A DNA stretch of 64,000 bases from an uncultured Gemmatimonadaceae bacterium (GCA_963817955.1 CAWFQK010000001.1:224001-288000); one strand, 5' to 3'; positions 30,159-40,756 are shown, counted from the stretch's first letter. Notes: generated from the letters alone by a model not told the origin. A program made the numbers and translations.

Positions 30159-30401
30159 CTAACCCTTGGTCTTCAACTCCGACTCGTGGTCGACGATGAA
30201 CGCGCGGATCTCGTCGGCCATGTCGAGGAGCTTTGTCCACTGCTCCTTATAGAAGGTGATTGGAAACCGTCCCAACCCATAGACCGAGACCCCGCCCTTC
30301 TCACTCACCTTCATCGAGATGCCCTTCGCAGCTCCTTTCTTCAGTGCCTCGTTCTCTTTCCGAAGGCGCTCCAGTTCTGCGTGTAGGTCTTGATCGCTCA
30401 T
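30159..30401 (-). CDS. Small conserved hypothetical protein
   Basis: Coiled-coil N-terminus plus KVSEKGGVSVYGLGRFPITFYKEQW; GGAG RBS upstream. Confidence 0.8.
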   Translation of the reverse strand: MSDQDLHAELERLRKENEALKKGAAKGISMKVSEKGGVSVYGLGRFPITFYKEQWTKLLDMADEIRAFIVDHESELKTKG

Positions 30402-30472
30402 CGAAGTCTCCAAAAAATGGGATCCCAGATCTGCCAACAGCCAAGGTAGTCGCCAAAGATGAGAGTATCAAA

Positions 30473-31246
30473 TCAGCGTGCCAATCCGTTCGTTCGCGTC
30501 CGTGCGTCGTTCAGGACACGTTCGGCGTAATCGATGCCTGCCGCGGTCCGCGAGCCGTGCCACGACAGCAATTCACCGTCCACTTGTACGAATCGATCCC
30601 GCGGAAGACTGGCCAACGCCGATAGTTCCCCCGCGTGGTGTTCCCTGAAGGGGAAGGGCTCGCTAGACAGGAACACGACATCAGGATTTGCCGCCGCCAA
30701 ATCCGCAGGTTTGATAGCTGGATATCGAACGGGTCGATCGGCAAAGACGTTCACGCCGCCGGCGAGCGAGAGCATCGCATGAATGAAGGTGTCGCCGTTC
30801 ACCGTCATCCACGGTTCGCGCCAGATCAGGTAGGCCCACCGCACCACCTGTCGACGTACGCTGGCACGCACGCGGGCGAGCCGCGCCTCGATGTCAGAGG
30901 CGATCCGCTCGGCCGCCGTCCCACGGACGATCGCTTCGCCAATGGATCGTACCATGGAGGCTGTGTCTTCAGGCGTACGCGGAAAGCTCACGTGACAGCG
31001 CACTCCAGCGGCGGTAAGCGCATCCGCGTCCTCTCGGCGATTCTCCTCCTCGTTGAGGAGCACGAGATCAGGCGCCAGCTCAATGATGCGCGCGATCTTC
31101 GGGTTCTTGGTGCCACCAACCTTCTCGACGGCGTCCACGGCACCATGAGGATGCAGGCAGAACTTGGTGCGCCCCACCAGTTCCTGCCCGGCCCCCAGGT
31201 CGAACACGAGCTCGGTGAGACTGGGACAGAGTGAGATGATCCGCAT
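30473..31246 (-). CDS. BtuF-like helical-backbone metal/cobalamin receptor
   Basis: RIISLCPSLTE, GGTKNP, LSSEPFPF and DGELLSWHG. Confidence 0.85.
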   Translation of the reverse strand: MRIISLCPSLTELVFDLGAGQELVGRTKFCLHPHGAVDAVEKVGGTKNPKIARIIELAPDLVLLNEEENRREDADALTAAGVRCHVSFPRTPEDTASMVRSIGEAIVRGTAAERIASDIEARLARVRASVRRQVVRWAYLIWREPWMTVNGDTFIHAMLSLAGGVNVFADRPVRYPAIKPADLAAANPDVVFLSSEPFPFREHHAGELSALASLPRDRFVQVDGELLSWHGSRTAAGIDYAERVLNDARTRTNGLAR

Positions 31247-31265
31247 GCATGGAAAGCTAGTCGCC

Positions 31266-31345
31266 GCGCGCGACGAGCTCCGCGCGCGACGAGGTTCGCG
31301 CCCGACGAGCTCCGCGCCCGACGAGCTCCGCGCGCCACGAGGTTC
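31266..31345. repeat. 5 x 16-bp tandem repeat
   Basis: Consensus gcgc[g/c]cgacgag[ctcc/gttc] at 31266, 31282, 31298, 31314 and 31330. Confidence 0.9.
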
Positions 31346-31369
31346 GCTCCCTGCGACTATCCTACTCTG

Positions 31370-31633
31370 ATGCCCAACACCGCTCTCGCTTCGATCGTCG
31401 GGTCAATCTCCGGCCTGATCACCGTGTTGTCATTCGTGCCGCAAGCCGTGCATGCATGGCGCACGGGCCGCACGCAGGATCTATCGAGCGGCACGTTCAT
31501 CATGCTCGTGCTGCAATCCGCGGGGTGGACGACTTATGGCGTGCTGCTCGACCAGGCGCCGATCGTCTGGACCAACTGCTGTGTCTTGCTGCTGACGATC
31601 TCGATTCTCGCGGCCAAGTTTCGGCACGGGTGA
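31370..31633 (+). CDS. SemiSWEET/PQ-loop transporter
   Basis: SFVPQ, TQDLS and WTTYG..APIVWTN; three transmembrane helices. Confidence 0.88.
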   Translation: MPNTALASIVGSISGLITVLSFVPQAVHAWRTGRTQDLSSGTFIMLVLQSAGWTTYGVLLDQAPIVWTNCCVLLLTISILAAKFRHG

Positions 31634-31691
31634 TACCGAGCAGCTCGGCTCCTGCCCGCGGACCACATTCTCCTCGAGACGGGATGAATCC

Positions 31692-33467
31692 TTGCCAGTG
31701 GCCAGTCCCACTCCTACGGTTACCAGCAGTCTGTCCCCTTCCTTAGCCAAAGCTGGCGTGGCGCAAATCAACACGTTCGACGGCGCGGAACGTCCACCGC
31801 GCATCCGCAAACCCTTCATTGTCCGTTGGCGTTGGCCGTTGCTTGCGGCGTGTACGATTGCGGCGGTGGCAGGCGTTCTCTGGTCCGCGCGCCACGAAAC
31901 CAGAACCATCGTTATCGTGGCGCCGTTCGAGAACGAAACCAACGACAGCGCGTTCACCCTGGTGGCCACGGCGGCAGGAAGCTGGATCAGCGATGGCTTG
32001 GCGCGAGCACAGTTGGTGGATGTCATCGATTTTCAGGTGGCGTTGGAGCAACGGGCCAACCGAGGCACGGCCACGGCGATTGAGTTGGCGAGTGCGAGCA
32101 AGGCGGGCATGCTCGTCACAGGGACGGTGTCGCGGGACCGCGATAGTCTGCGTTTCAACGCGCAGATCATTCGAGTGAGCGACGGCTCTGTGGTGGAACA
32201 GGTACCGCCGGTGAAGTTCTCGCCGAGCGATCCGTCGCGTGCGATCGAACGGCTCAGCCAACAAGTAGTGGGTGTTTTTGCAGCGTTCGGCGACGACCGC
32301 TTCCGAGCCTGGACGAGTGGCAGCAAGCTGCCGAGGTACGACGCGTACCAGGAATTCGCGGCCGGCCTCGATGCTGATGCGCGTGGCGACACTGGATCCA
32401 CGCGTCACTTCATCAATGCGGCACACCTCGATACGACCTTTGCCGAAGCAAAGCTGAAGGCGGTCGCGGACGACGGGAGCGACGCGAGTTTTGCACGCTC
32501 CGATTCGCTGCTGCATGCGGCGAAGGCACAGAACGAACGGCAAACGCCATACGACAACGCGGCGCTGGACGAAGCGTTCGCCGTTCACCGCGGCGATTGG
32601 GAATCGGCGTATCTCGCGGCGCAACGGATGGTGGAGTTGGCGCCGTCATCGCGCAACGCCCACCTGCGCCTGATCAACGATGCCATGGGCACCATGCGGT
32701 ACGCAGACGCCATGCGCGAATACGACGTGCTCGGTCGCAGCGGGTGGATCGTGAACTGGAATGATTTCTGGCGCGGCGAGCTGATCGCGCATCACGTCGC
32801 TGGCGATTATGTGGGCGAACTCCATGCGGCGCGAACGGCAGCCGGGCAGAATCTGCGGGACGCAAATGTTTGCGCGCTCCAGATCCCGCCGCTCGCTGCG
32901 CTCGGAAAGTTCGCCGAACTCGACTCGACGCTTGTGGCCTGCGAGAGTCTACCAAATGCTCTCGAACCGTCGTTCCGGGAGTTGAGCGCAGGCCGCGAGC
33001 TCTTCGCGCACGGCTATCGCGACGCGGCAACGCGCGCATTCGAGCGGGGACTTCAACGGCTTCCAGCCAACACACGCGCGCGGGCCGACTCGGCCGCGAG
33101 CATCGCCATGTACCTAGGCAATTGGCGACCGTCGCTCGCGATCACCGCAGTGCGGCTAGCGTTGGACACCACAGACGTCACGAACGACGGCCGGTACGGC
33201 GTGGCGGCAGCGCACCTCGGCGATACTGCCACGGCGCGGGCGATGGAGCGACGCATTGCGTCGCTCCAGTCGCGAGCGGCGATCGGCCAGACGCAGTTGT
33301 GGCAGGGATTCATTGCCGCGGCGCTCGGAGAACGCGAACGAGCTACAGAATTATTGCGGAGCGCCGTCAAACACGGCGCCTCTCCGGCGTTCTTCCTTCA
33401 TTCCAACGCCGCGTACATCGAGCCGTTGCGCGGATACGCGCCCTTCGAGGCGTTGAAGCGGCGATAG
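31692..33467 (+). CDS. TM + TolB-N-like + TPR protein, possibly N-terminally truncated
   Basis: Transmembrane helix, VAPFENET and TPR-like helices, ending EPLRGYAPFEAL. No kinase or BTAD domain is visible and the start is weak. Confidence 0.6.
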   Translation: MPVASPTPTVTSSLSPSLAKAGVAQINTFDGAERPPRIRKPFIVRWRWPLLAACTIAAVAGVLWSARHETRTIVIVAPFENETNDSAFTLVATAAGSWISDGLARAQLVDVIDFQVALEQRANRGTATAIELASASKAGMLVTGTVSRDRDSLRFNAQIIRVSDGSVVEQVPPVKFSPSDPSRAIERLSQQVVGVFAAFGDDRFRAWTSGSKLPRYDAYQEFAAGLDADARGDTGSTRHFINAAHLDTTFAEAKLKAVADDGSDASFARSDSLLHAAKAQNERQTPYDNAALDEAFAVHRGDWESAYLAAQRMVELAPSSRNAHLRLINDAMGTMRYADAMREYDVLGRSGWIVNWNDFWRGELIAHHVAGDYVGELHAARTAAGQNLRDANVCALQIPPLAALGKFAELDSTLVACESLPNALEPSFRELSAGRELFAHGYRDAATRAFERGLQRLPANTRARADSAASIAMYLGNWRPSLAITAVRLALDTTDVTNDGRYGVAAAHLGDTATARAMERRIASLQSRAAIGQTQLWQGFIAAALGERERATELLRSAVKHGASPAFFLHSNAAYIEPLRGYAPFEALKRR

Positions 33468-33621
33468 GAAGAGCAGGCTGCCTGTCACTGGCGCGACAGG
33501 TTAGCGGCGGATCATTGAGAGCCTGAATTCGCAATCAGGCCGATTTCCTGCAGACGCTGAGCGAGACAAAGGCAATTTTCACGTCGCTGCTCGCCGAGAC
33601 AATCTCTTTGATTGAGCAATC

Positions 33622-35292
33622 ATGACTATCAGCCCCAACGCCGGCCAGCCAGCCAGCAATGACATGCTGGTGAACGTGCCGCGTTTGATCACCGCATATT
33701 ACAGCCGACAGCCCGACCCCGATATTCCAGCGCAGCGCGTGTCGTTCGGAACGTCGGGGCATCGCGGAACGGCGAACGACTGTTCGTTCAACGAGCAGCA
33801 CATTCTCGCCATCACTCAGGCGATTTGCGAGCACAGGCGCGGTCAAGGCATCGACGGCCCGCTCTTTCTGGGCATCGATACGCATGCGCTGTCGGAACCA
33901 GCATTTGCTTCGGCGCTGGAGGTGCTCGCGGCGAACGAGGTGGACGTGATGATCGACGATCGCGGCGATTATACGCCGACGCCGGTCGTCTCGCATGCCA
34001 TCCTCACATACAATCGCGGCCGCGCGAATGGGCTGGCCGACGGAATCGTGGTCACCCCATCGCACAATCCGCCCGAGGACGGCGGGTTCAAGTACAACCC
34101 GTCGAATGGTGGACCGGCCGACACGCAGATCACGACGTGGATTCAGGACCGCGCGAATGCGCTGCTCATGGATGGACTGAGAGGCGTGCTCCGCATTCCG
34201 TTCGACCGGGCGAAGCAGGCCGCAACGACACACGCGTACAACTACATGGGTACGTACGTCGGCGATCTCGCCTCGGTCATCGACTTCGACGCCATTCGCG
34301 GCGCCACGTTAACACTCGGTGTGGACCCGCTCGGCGGCTCCGGAGTGCACTACTGGGGAGCGATCGCCGATCGATACAAGATTCCGTTGAGTGTGGTGAG
34401 CGAGGTCGTCGATCCGACGTTTCGCTTCATGACGCTGGATTGGGACGGCAAAATCCGCATGGACTGTTCGTCGCCGTATGCCATGCGACGTCTCATCGGC
34501 ATGAAAGACCAGTTCGACGTCGCATGGGCCTGCGATCCCGATCACGATCGGCATGGCATTGTCGCGCGCGGCGTGGGACTGCTCAATCCAAATCACTATC
34601 TATCGGTGGCCATCGCGTATCTATTCGCGCATCGGCCTGGCTGGCCGGCAAATGCTGGTGTCGGCAAGACGGTGGTGAGCAGCAGCATGATCGATCGCGT
34701 CGCCGATAAGCTCGGTCGTCGACTCGTGGAAGTGCCGGTGGGCTTCAAGTGGTTCGTGGACGGCCTGGTGCATGGCTCGCTTGGTTTTGGCGGCGAGGAG
34801 AGTGCCGGCGCATCGTTCCTCCGCCGCGACGGAACCGTGTGGTCGACGGACAAGGATGGGATCATTCTCGGGCTTCTCTCCGCCGAGATGACCGCCGTCA
34901 TGGGACGCAACCCGGGCGAGTTGTATTGCGACCTCACGCGCGAGCTCGGGGATCCACTCTACGAGCGCATCGACGCACCCGCGACTGTGGCACAGAAGGC
35001 GGTGTTGTCACGCCTGTCGCCGGAACGGGTAGGCGCGACGGAGCTTGCCGGCGAACCGATTCAACAGATGTTGACGAAGGCGCCCGAGAGCGATAATTCG
35101 ATCGGCGGTTTGAAAGTGGTAACGAAGAACGGCTGGTTCGCTGCGCGACCGTCGGGCACGGAGCAGGTATACAAATTGTACGCCGAGAGCTTCAAGGGCG
35201 TCGAGCATCTGCGGCAAATCCAGGCGGAGGCGCAGGAAATTGTCGGGGCGGCGTTCGCCGCCGTTGCACAGAATGCGGTTCCAACATACTGA
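33622..35292 (+). CDS. pgm: Phosphoglucomutase (alpha-D-glucose-1,6-bisphosphate dependent)
   Basis: [26 protein letters not shown] and RPSGTE. Confidence 0.96.
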   Translation: MTISPNAGQPASNDMLVNVPRLITAYYSRQPDPDIPAQRVSFGTSGHRGTANDCSFNEQHILAITQAICEHRRGQGIDGPLFLGIDTHALSEPAFASALEVLAANEVDVMIDDRGDYTPTPVVSHAILTYNRGRANGLADGIVVTPSHNPPEDGGFKYNPSNGGPADTQITTWIQDRANALLMDGLRGVLRIPFDRAKQAATTHAYNYMGTYVGDLASVIDFDAIRGATLTLGVDPLGGSGVHYWGAIADRYKIPLSVVSEVVDPTFRFMTLDWDGKIRMDCSSPYAMRRLIGMKDQFDVAWACDPDHDRHGIVARGVGLLNPNHYLSVAIAYLFAHRPGWPANAGVGKTVVSSSMIDRVADKLGRRLVEVPVGFKWFVDGLVHGSLGFGGEESAGASFLRRDGTVWSTDKDGIILGLLSAEMTAVMGRNPGELYCDLTRELGDPLYERIDAPATVAQKAVLSRLSPERVGATELAGEPIQQMLTKAPESDNSIGGLKVVTKNGWFAARPSGTEQVYKLYAESFKGVEHLRQIQAEAQEIVGAAFAAVAQNAVPTY

Positions 35293-35334
35293 GACGGCCA
35301 CGTAACGCTTTGCTGCCTCCGTTCTGGCCTCAAT

Positions 35335-35430
35335 GCCATTCCGAAGTTCTCTGCTACGAAGGTCAGGGCGTATGTCACGGCTATGAAATCGGACCTCCGC
35401 AACCTCGTAACGGCCGAAGAGGCGTTCTTC
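35335..35430 (+). pseudogene. Partial type IV pilin copy (conserved helix only), inverted relative to the intact pilin
   Basis: AIPKFSATKVRAYVTAMKSDLRNLVTAEEAFF; 79/96 nt identical to the reverse complement of 35739-35834. Confidence 0.85.
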
Positions 35431-35450
35431 CGAGCCTACGCGGTTCTACG

Positions 35451-35488
35451 AAAAGAACTCGGGAGCGGCATTGCCGCCCCCGAGTTCT
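35451..35488 (-). terminator. Intrinsic terminator after the pilin gene
   Basis: agaactcggg-agcggcattgccgcc-cccgagttct hairpin; the adjacent A-run reads as a U-tract on the minus strand. Confidence 0.7.
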
Positions 35489-35528
35489 CCGATTCTTCCT
35501 TTCTTCAAACCAGCAACCAGCGACAACC

Positions 35529-35912
35529 CTACTGACAGATGGGTGCGCCGTCTGGTGCTGTCGCCACGACCGGGTTCGTCGTGTTCATGCCGATGCCGCA
35601 GGTCGTGCCAACGAGCTGCGAGTGCGTCACGGTCGCCGTCCAATACCCGGGCCCGACGACAATCGTCGGAGCGTTGACACCCGTGGACCTTTGGAACTTG
35701 AGTTTGAGTGTGTCCGTGGTGTAGGCCGAGCTGTCGGAGAAGAACGCCTCTTCGGCCGTCGTGAGGCTGTGGAGATCCGATTTCATAGCCGTGACGTACG
35801 CCTTGCCCTTCGTGTTGGCAAACCTCGGGATGGCGATCGCGGCGAGAATGCCGATGATCACCACAACGATCAAGAGCTCGATCAGCGTGAAGCCTTTGCG
35901 CAGCTTGAGCAT
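35529..35912 (-). CDS. Type IV pilin
   Basis: KG|FTLIELLIVVVIIGILAAIAIP prepilin motif; C-terminal Cys pair. Confidence 0.93.
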   Translation of the reverse strand: MLKLRKGFTLIELLIVVVIIGILAAIAIPRFANTKGKAYVTAMKSDLHSLTTAEEAFFSDSSAYTTDTLKLKFQRSTGVNAPTIVVGPGYWTATVTHSQLVGTTCGIGMNTTNPVVATAPDGAPICQ

Positions 35913-35965
35913 GGAATTTTCCTTTGGGAAAGATGGCTGGAGGGAGCTGACGGTTCGCAATTAGG

Positions 35966-35981
35966 GCAATCCGTGAGCCCA
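35966..35981 (-). promoter_or_regulatory. Putative sigma-54 promoter of the pilin gene
   Basis: Minus strand TG-GG-CTCACGGATT-GC (GG-N10-GC), about 55 bp upstream of the ATG. Confidence 0.4.
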
Positions 35982-36186
35982 ACGCGGTGAAGATTCTCAA
36001 GACGTTGTTTGATATGCGTTTAGGGACCAGCTCAGTCCGACAGCGCGGCGCCAATGCGCCGCGAAATGCCTGAGATCGTGCTATTTGCTACGTCCAAACA
36101 TTTGGATGGCCGCCGCCAACCGGCGGCATCACTCTGGCGATCCAGCACGCGCAGCACCATCATCCACTTTCACTCGGAGCCCCGAA

Positions 36187-36555
36187 ATGTCCGAAGACAG
36201 AAACCACCCCATCACGACCGGCGACGAACGCCTCGAGCGTGACTTGAACCGGCATCGTGGAGATGAACAGCGCCGCGCGCGCGCCGAAGCCTCAATGCGC
36301 CTCCGGGATCGTGGCATCACGATCACCGAGGTTGACGAGATCGACGAGATCGTCAATGTGCTCGAGGCTGTGGAAGCATTCGAGCGGATGGTCGCGGCAA
36401 AGGGCGGCGACCTCATGATTGACACGCCACCGGCGCTCGAGCCGGACAACGCGCAATTCGTTTTGCCGCGACGAGAGTTGGATGAGCTTCTCGGCGACTA
36501 TGCTGCCAGGGTGCGACTCACCACGCGGCAACTCGGCGGAACACACGACGACTGA
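36187..36555 (+). CDS. Hypothetical protein
   Basis: GGAG RBS, globular composition, 10 bp upstream of pepT. Confidence 0.7.
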   Translation: MSEDRNHPITTGDERLERDLNRHRGDEQRRARAEASMRLRDRGITITEVDEIDEIVNVLEAVEAFERMVAAKGGDLMIDTPPALEPDNAQFVLPRRELDELLGDYAARVRLTTRQLGGTHDD

Positions 36556-36565
36556 GTAGCCAGAC

Positions 36566-37825
36566 ATGATGATGGCGTGCAAACCGCCCAAAGAAAGCGT
36601 CATTGATCGTTTCCTCCGCTACGTGCGCATCGACACGCAGTCACAGGAGGACCAGTTCGCCACCCCAAGCACTGCGAAGCAATGGGATCTCGCCCGGCTG
36701 CTCGCGGGCGAGCTCCAGCAGCTTGGCGCCAGCAACGTCCGTGTGAGCGAGCATTGCATGGTCTACGCAGCCATACCGGCAAACATCGCTCATGGCGGAG
36801 TGCCAGCGATCGGATTCCTGGCGCACGTAGACACGTCACCGGCCGTGACTGGTGCCGGCGTGAATCCGGTGATTCATCACAACTACCAGGGCGGCGACAT
36901 TACGCTGCCGAATGATTCGACACAGGTCATCACCGTCGCGCAGCACCCGGTACTCAGGGACATGATTGGCGATGACATCATCACGGCGGACGGCACCACC
37001 CTCCTGGGATCGGACGACAAATCGGGCATTGCGGCGATCATGACGATGATCGACCTGTTGGCGCAGAACCCGGACATCCCCCACGGCGGGATCGCCATCG
37101 GTTTCACGGCTGACGAAGAGATCGGCACCGGGATCGAAGCGTTCGATGTCGAGAGCTTCGGCGCGCGCTTCGCCTATACCGTGGATGGCGGCGCCCTGGG
37201 CGAGATCAACGAGGAGACGTGGAGCGCCCGCATGGCGACGGTGAGCTTCCACGGCAAGAGCACACATCCCGGTACGGCCAAAGGCGTGATGGTGAACTCC
37301 ATCTACGCGCTCGCGCACTTCCTGTCGCACGTGCCGAGGGACATGGTGCCCGAAACGACGGAGGGGCGCGTCGGATTCGTGCACCCATACTCCGGCGTGG
37401 CCGACGTGGAGGAGTCAAGCGTGAAAGTGCTGTTGCGCGATTTTGACCGCGAGGGGCTCGATGCCAAGGAGCGACGACTCCGCGATCTGGCGGCGGAGAC
37501 GGAGCGGGCATGCGCCGGCGTGACCGTCGGCGTGGATGTGCAGGAGAACTATCGCAACATGAAGGAAGTGCTCACCGACTATCCCGAGCTGACGCGGAAC
37601 GTGATGGACGCGGCGCGCCGGGCGGGACTCGAACCGTACGTGGAACCGATTCGCGGGGGCACCGACGGCTCCAAGCTGACGTTCCGCGGCCTGCCGTGCC
37701 CCAACATCTTCACAGGCGGCCACGAATTCCATAGCAAGCTGGAGTTCAATTCACGACGGGGATTGGAGAAGACGACGGAGACGCTCGTGCACCTGGTGCG
37801 GATCTTCGCGGAGCAAGCTGGATAG
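36566..37825 (+). CDS. pepT: Peptidase T (M20B)
   Basis: FLRYVRIDTQS, AHVDT, LLGSDDKSG, DEEIG and PIRGGTDG. Confidence 0.93.
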   Translation: MMMACKPPKESVIDRFLRYVRIDTQSQEDQFATPSTAKQWDLARLLAGELQQLGASNVRVSEHCMVYAAIPANIAHGGVPAIGFLAHVDTSPAVTGAGVNPVIHHNYQGGDITLPNDSTQVITVAQHPVLRDMIGDDIITADGTTLLGSDDKSGIAAIMTMIDLLAQNPDIPHGGIAIGFTADEEIGTGIEAFDVESFGARFAYTVDGGALGEINEETWSARMATVSFHGKSTHPGTAKGVMVNSIYALAHFLSHVPRDMVPETTEGRVGFVHPYSGVADVEESSVKVLLRDFDREGLDAKERRLRDLAAETERACAGVTVGVDVQENYRNMKEVLTDYPELTRNVMDAARRAGLEPYVEPIRGGTDGSKLTFRGLPCPNIFTGGHEFHSKLEFNSRRGLEKTTETLVHLVRIFAEQAG

Positions 37826-37840
37826 TGGCCTGGACTCCGG

Positions 37841-40756
37841 TCAACGATGGTTGGCCGCAGTTCTCTCGATGGCCGATGCCACCGCGCGTCGGAGCACCGC
37901 AACGTCGAACGGTTTGGCGATCGGCTCTCCAGCGACGTTCGTTGGGGGAACCGTCGCTTCGTCGTGCTCGACCCCGGACATGAGAATAATGGGGATCGTC
38001 GGGTACCTCGGCGCCAGCCAACGCGCAAACTCGTAGCCACCAACGCCACCCGGCATGACGATGTCCGACAGGACGACATCGGGAAGATCTCCGGCATCTG
38101 TGAGGTCGTGGATGAGCCCCATGGCGTCGAGGCCGTTCTCGGACGTCACCACGCGATAGCCGGCGTCCTCTAGCATCCGCCGGATGATCTCACGCACTGT
38201 GTGATCGTCTTCCACTACGAGTACCTGCGCCCCTTCAGCCGCCAGTGACGGCCGAGCACTACCCGCAATTTCCGACGAGGGAACGGGCGCAAGCACGGCA
38301 GCGGGCCAGAAGACCGTGAACGTCGATCCGCCACCGGGAACGCTGGTCACGCGCACCACGCCGCGCGCTTGCTGCACGATTCCGGATACTACGGAGAGCC
38401 CAAGTCCGGTGCCTTCGCTCACGGCCTTGGTGCTGAAGAACGGCTCGAACGCGCGCAGCCGCGTTGCTTCGTCCATACCGACTCCGGTATCGGTCACGGC
38501 GAGCTCGACGTACTCACCAGGCAGGGCATCCGGACCAATGATCGTTCGGACTTGGCCGGGATGTGCGTGTACCGCGCGCGTTCGCACGTGGAGCTCGCCG
38601 CCGTTTGGCATCGCATCACGCGCATTGACCGCGAGATTGAGCAGGACCTGATCGACCTGGCCAGGATCCGCCATGATCGGTGGGAGATGGTCAGTCCGCT
38701 CGATCACCAGGGCGATTGGCGATCCCCCGATCGTCTGCAACATTGGTCGCGCGGCCTCGAGCAGTTCATTCAGGTCAACCGGGCGGGGCTCCACCGGCTG
38801 CTGCCGGCTGAACGCGAGCAGTCGCTTCGACAGCTCGGCGCCACGCTGGCATGCGCGCTCGATCTCCGTCATGTCGGCGACCACGTTCGCGTTGTCGGGT
38901 GCAATGTTCGCACGAGCCATCTGCGCATACGCCGCCACGACAGTCAACAGATTATTGAAGTCGTGGGCGATGCCGCCGGCCAGACGTCCCAGGGCCTCGA
39001 GCCGCTGCGCCTGTGACTGTGCCGCGCCGGCGCGCTTTTCCATCGTGATATCGCGGCCGGCGACGAGTATGTACGTCGTGCCTTCGACCCTCACCGGATG
39101 CGCGGACAGCAACGCATATCGTCGCTCCGCCGGACCGCCCGGCACATGGTGATTGAGGGCGATCTCGAAGCTGTCGACCAAGCCGTGCTCGCGGATCGCC
39201 GCAGCTAGACGCGCCGAGTCGGCCGGATCTGCCCATATGCCGAGCTCCTTCTGCGACCGTCCCACGACCTTCTCGCGTGTGAAGCCGGTGAGCTCGCACC
39301 ACACCTCGTTCACGTCGACGATCAATTCATCGCCGGCGCGGAACAGGCTCAGCGCGTCGTGCGCGGCGTGGAAGGCCGCCTGAAGCAAGTTCGCGGCGCG
39401 GCGCTCGCTCGCCTCGACTTGGCGCAACGCCGTCACGTCGGTCACGATGGCCACCGACCCAACGATCTCTCCGCTCAAGGCGCTGCGAAGAGCGTTGGCG
39501 GTGACAACCAAATCGGCGCGCGTGCCATCGGGCCGGAACCCGCGTGTTTCGTACGCTCCGCCGCGGCCCTTGATGCGCGCCTGCCATTCCGCGCGCCATG
39601 CGTCGACGCTCTCGGGCGCGATGAACTCACTCGCTTGGTGGCCAATGATGTCGTCCACTTCGCGACCGAGAATCTCCGCCATCCTGGAGTTCACGTAGAG
39701 CGTGCGACCGTCCCTATCGACACGCCAGACGCCCTCCGCCGTCGCGGCGATCAGGTTCCAGTAGCGGGCGGCGCCCTCATCGGACGACGTCCGAGCGGCG
39801 CCGAGGAGCAAGCCGGCAATGCTGAGTGAAATGAGGAGAGGTTGCGATGCGTGCACATCGGCATCGGTCACGCCGAGGAGCAGCGATAGCACGATCCACG
39901 CAGTGCCGTAGGCGGCGACCGCGATGGCGGCCCCGCGCACGCCTTCGCGCTGCGCGACCCAGAACACCGGGAGGAAACACAGCAGCCATCCATACCCGGG
40001 AAGCAGAGTTCCCTGATTTCTCCAGAGCCAGATCAGCGAGATGCCTGCGACGCCGGCCAGCACCTGCGCCACACGTTCCCATCGCATCGCGGCACGCGAT
40101 AGTGTGGGGCGCCGCGGTGTTTCGTCGGGCGAGCCCACGTATACGTCGTCCGCCGACTCCTCGATCGGCGCCGCACGCCATTTCCTGTGCGATGGCAGGA
40201 TGACGAAGAGGAGGAGCGGGACAACGATGAAGCCGCCAATCGCGTCGCCGGCGGCGAACATCGCAGCCTGAAGCCACAATGTCCCTGGTGGAGGGGCCGA
40301 AGCACCCAATAGCGGGACGGCGCTCCAGACAGCGGCCGCGATCGCCGCGGCCGCGATCGTGACGATCAACCGTGCAACATTGCGTGGTCGCCACGCTTGC
40401 GGCGCGAGAGGCACCGCGCGCCAGAGCGTGGAGGCCGCCGCAGTATAGATGGCGACGTGGACGGCCGATTGCAGCAGCGTCCCCCACAGGGGGGGCTGGC
40501 GTCCCGGCGGCACCCAGTACACGAGCGTAAACCGTGCGGCGAATAGGAGCGGCGCGGACCACGGTCCGAGAATGAGAAGCATCGCCAGTCCAACTCCGGC
40601 GCTCGGATACCAGGCCATGATGTGCGATCCCGGTTCGCTGGCGGGACGCAGCGCCACATCCAGCACCATGTAGGCACAGATACAGCCGGCGGCTATCGCG
40701 AGGCGTGTCCACGCCGGCAGACTGGCCCCCACCGCCGGCGCTGGCACGCCATTCAC
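37841..40756 (-). CDS. MASE1-PAS-PAS hybrid histidine kinase with receiver domain
   Basis: Transmembrane N-terminus, PAS domains, GIAHDFNNLL, NARDAM, EPFFSTK, GTGLGLS and a REC domain. Confidence 0.93.
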   Translation of the reverse strand: MNGVPAPAVGASLPAWTRLAIAAGCICAYMVLDVALRPASEPGSHIMAWYPSAGVGLAMLLILGPWSAPLLFAARFTLVYWVPPGRQPPLWGTLLQSAVHVAIYTAAASTLWRAVPLAPQAWRPRNVARLIVTIAAAAIAAAVWSAVPLLGASAPPPGTLWLQAAMFAAGDAIGGFIVVPLLLFVILPSHRKWRAAPIEESADDVYVGSPDETPRRPTLSRAAMRWERVAQVLAGVAGISLIWLWRNQGTLLPGYGWLLCFLPVFWVAQREGVRGAAIAVAAYGTAWIVLSLLLGVTDADVHASQPLLISLSIAGLLLGAARTSSDEGAARYWNLIAATAEGVWRVDRDGRTLYVNSRMAEILGREVDDIIGHQASEFIAPESVDAWRAEWQARIKGRGGAYETRGFRPDGTRADLVVTANALRSALSGEIVGSVAIVTDVTALRQVEASERRAANLLQAAFHAAHDALSLFRAGDELIVDVNEVWCELTGFTREKVVGRSQKELGIWADPADSARLAAAIREHGLVDSFEIALNHHVPGGPAERRYALLSAHPVRVEGTTYILVAGRDITMEKRAGAAQSQAQRLEALGRLAGGIAHDFNNLLTVVAAYAQMARANIAPDNANVVADMTEIERACQRGAELSKRLLAFSRQQPVEPRPVDLNELLEAARPMLQTIGGSPIALVIERTDHLPPIMADPGQVDQVLLNLAVNARDAMPNGGELHVRTRAVHAHPGQVRTIIGPDALPGEYVELAVTDTGVGMDEATRLRAFEPFFSTKAVSEGTGLGLSVVSGIVQQARGVVRVTSVPGGGSTFTVFWPAAVLAPVPSSEIAGSARPSLAAEGAQVLVVEDDHTVREIIRRMLEDAGYRVVTSENGLDAMGLIHDLTDAGDLPDVVLSDIVMPGGVGGYEFARWLAPRYPTIPIILMSGVEHDEATVPPTNVAGEPIAKPFDVAVLRRAVASAIERTAANHR

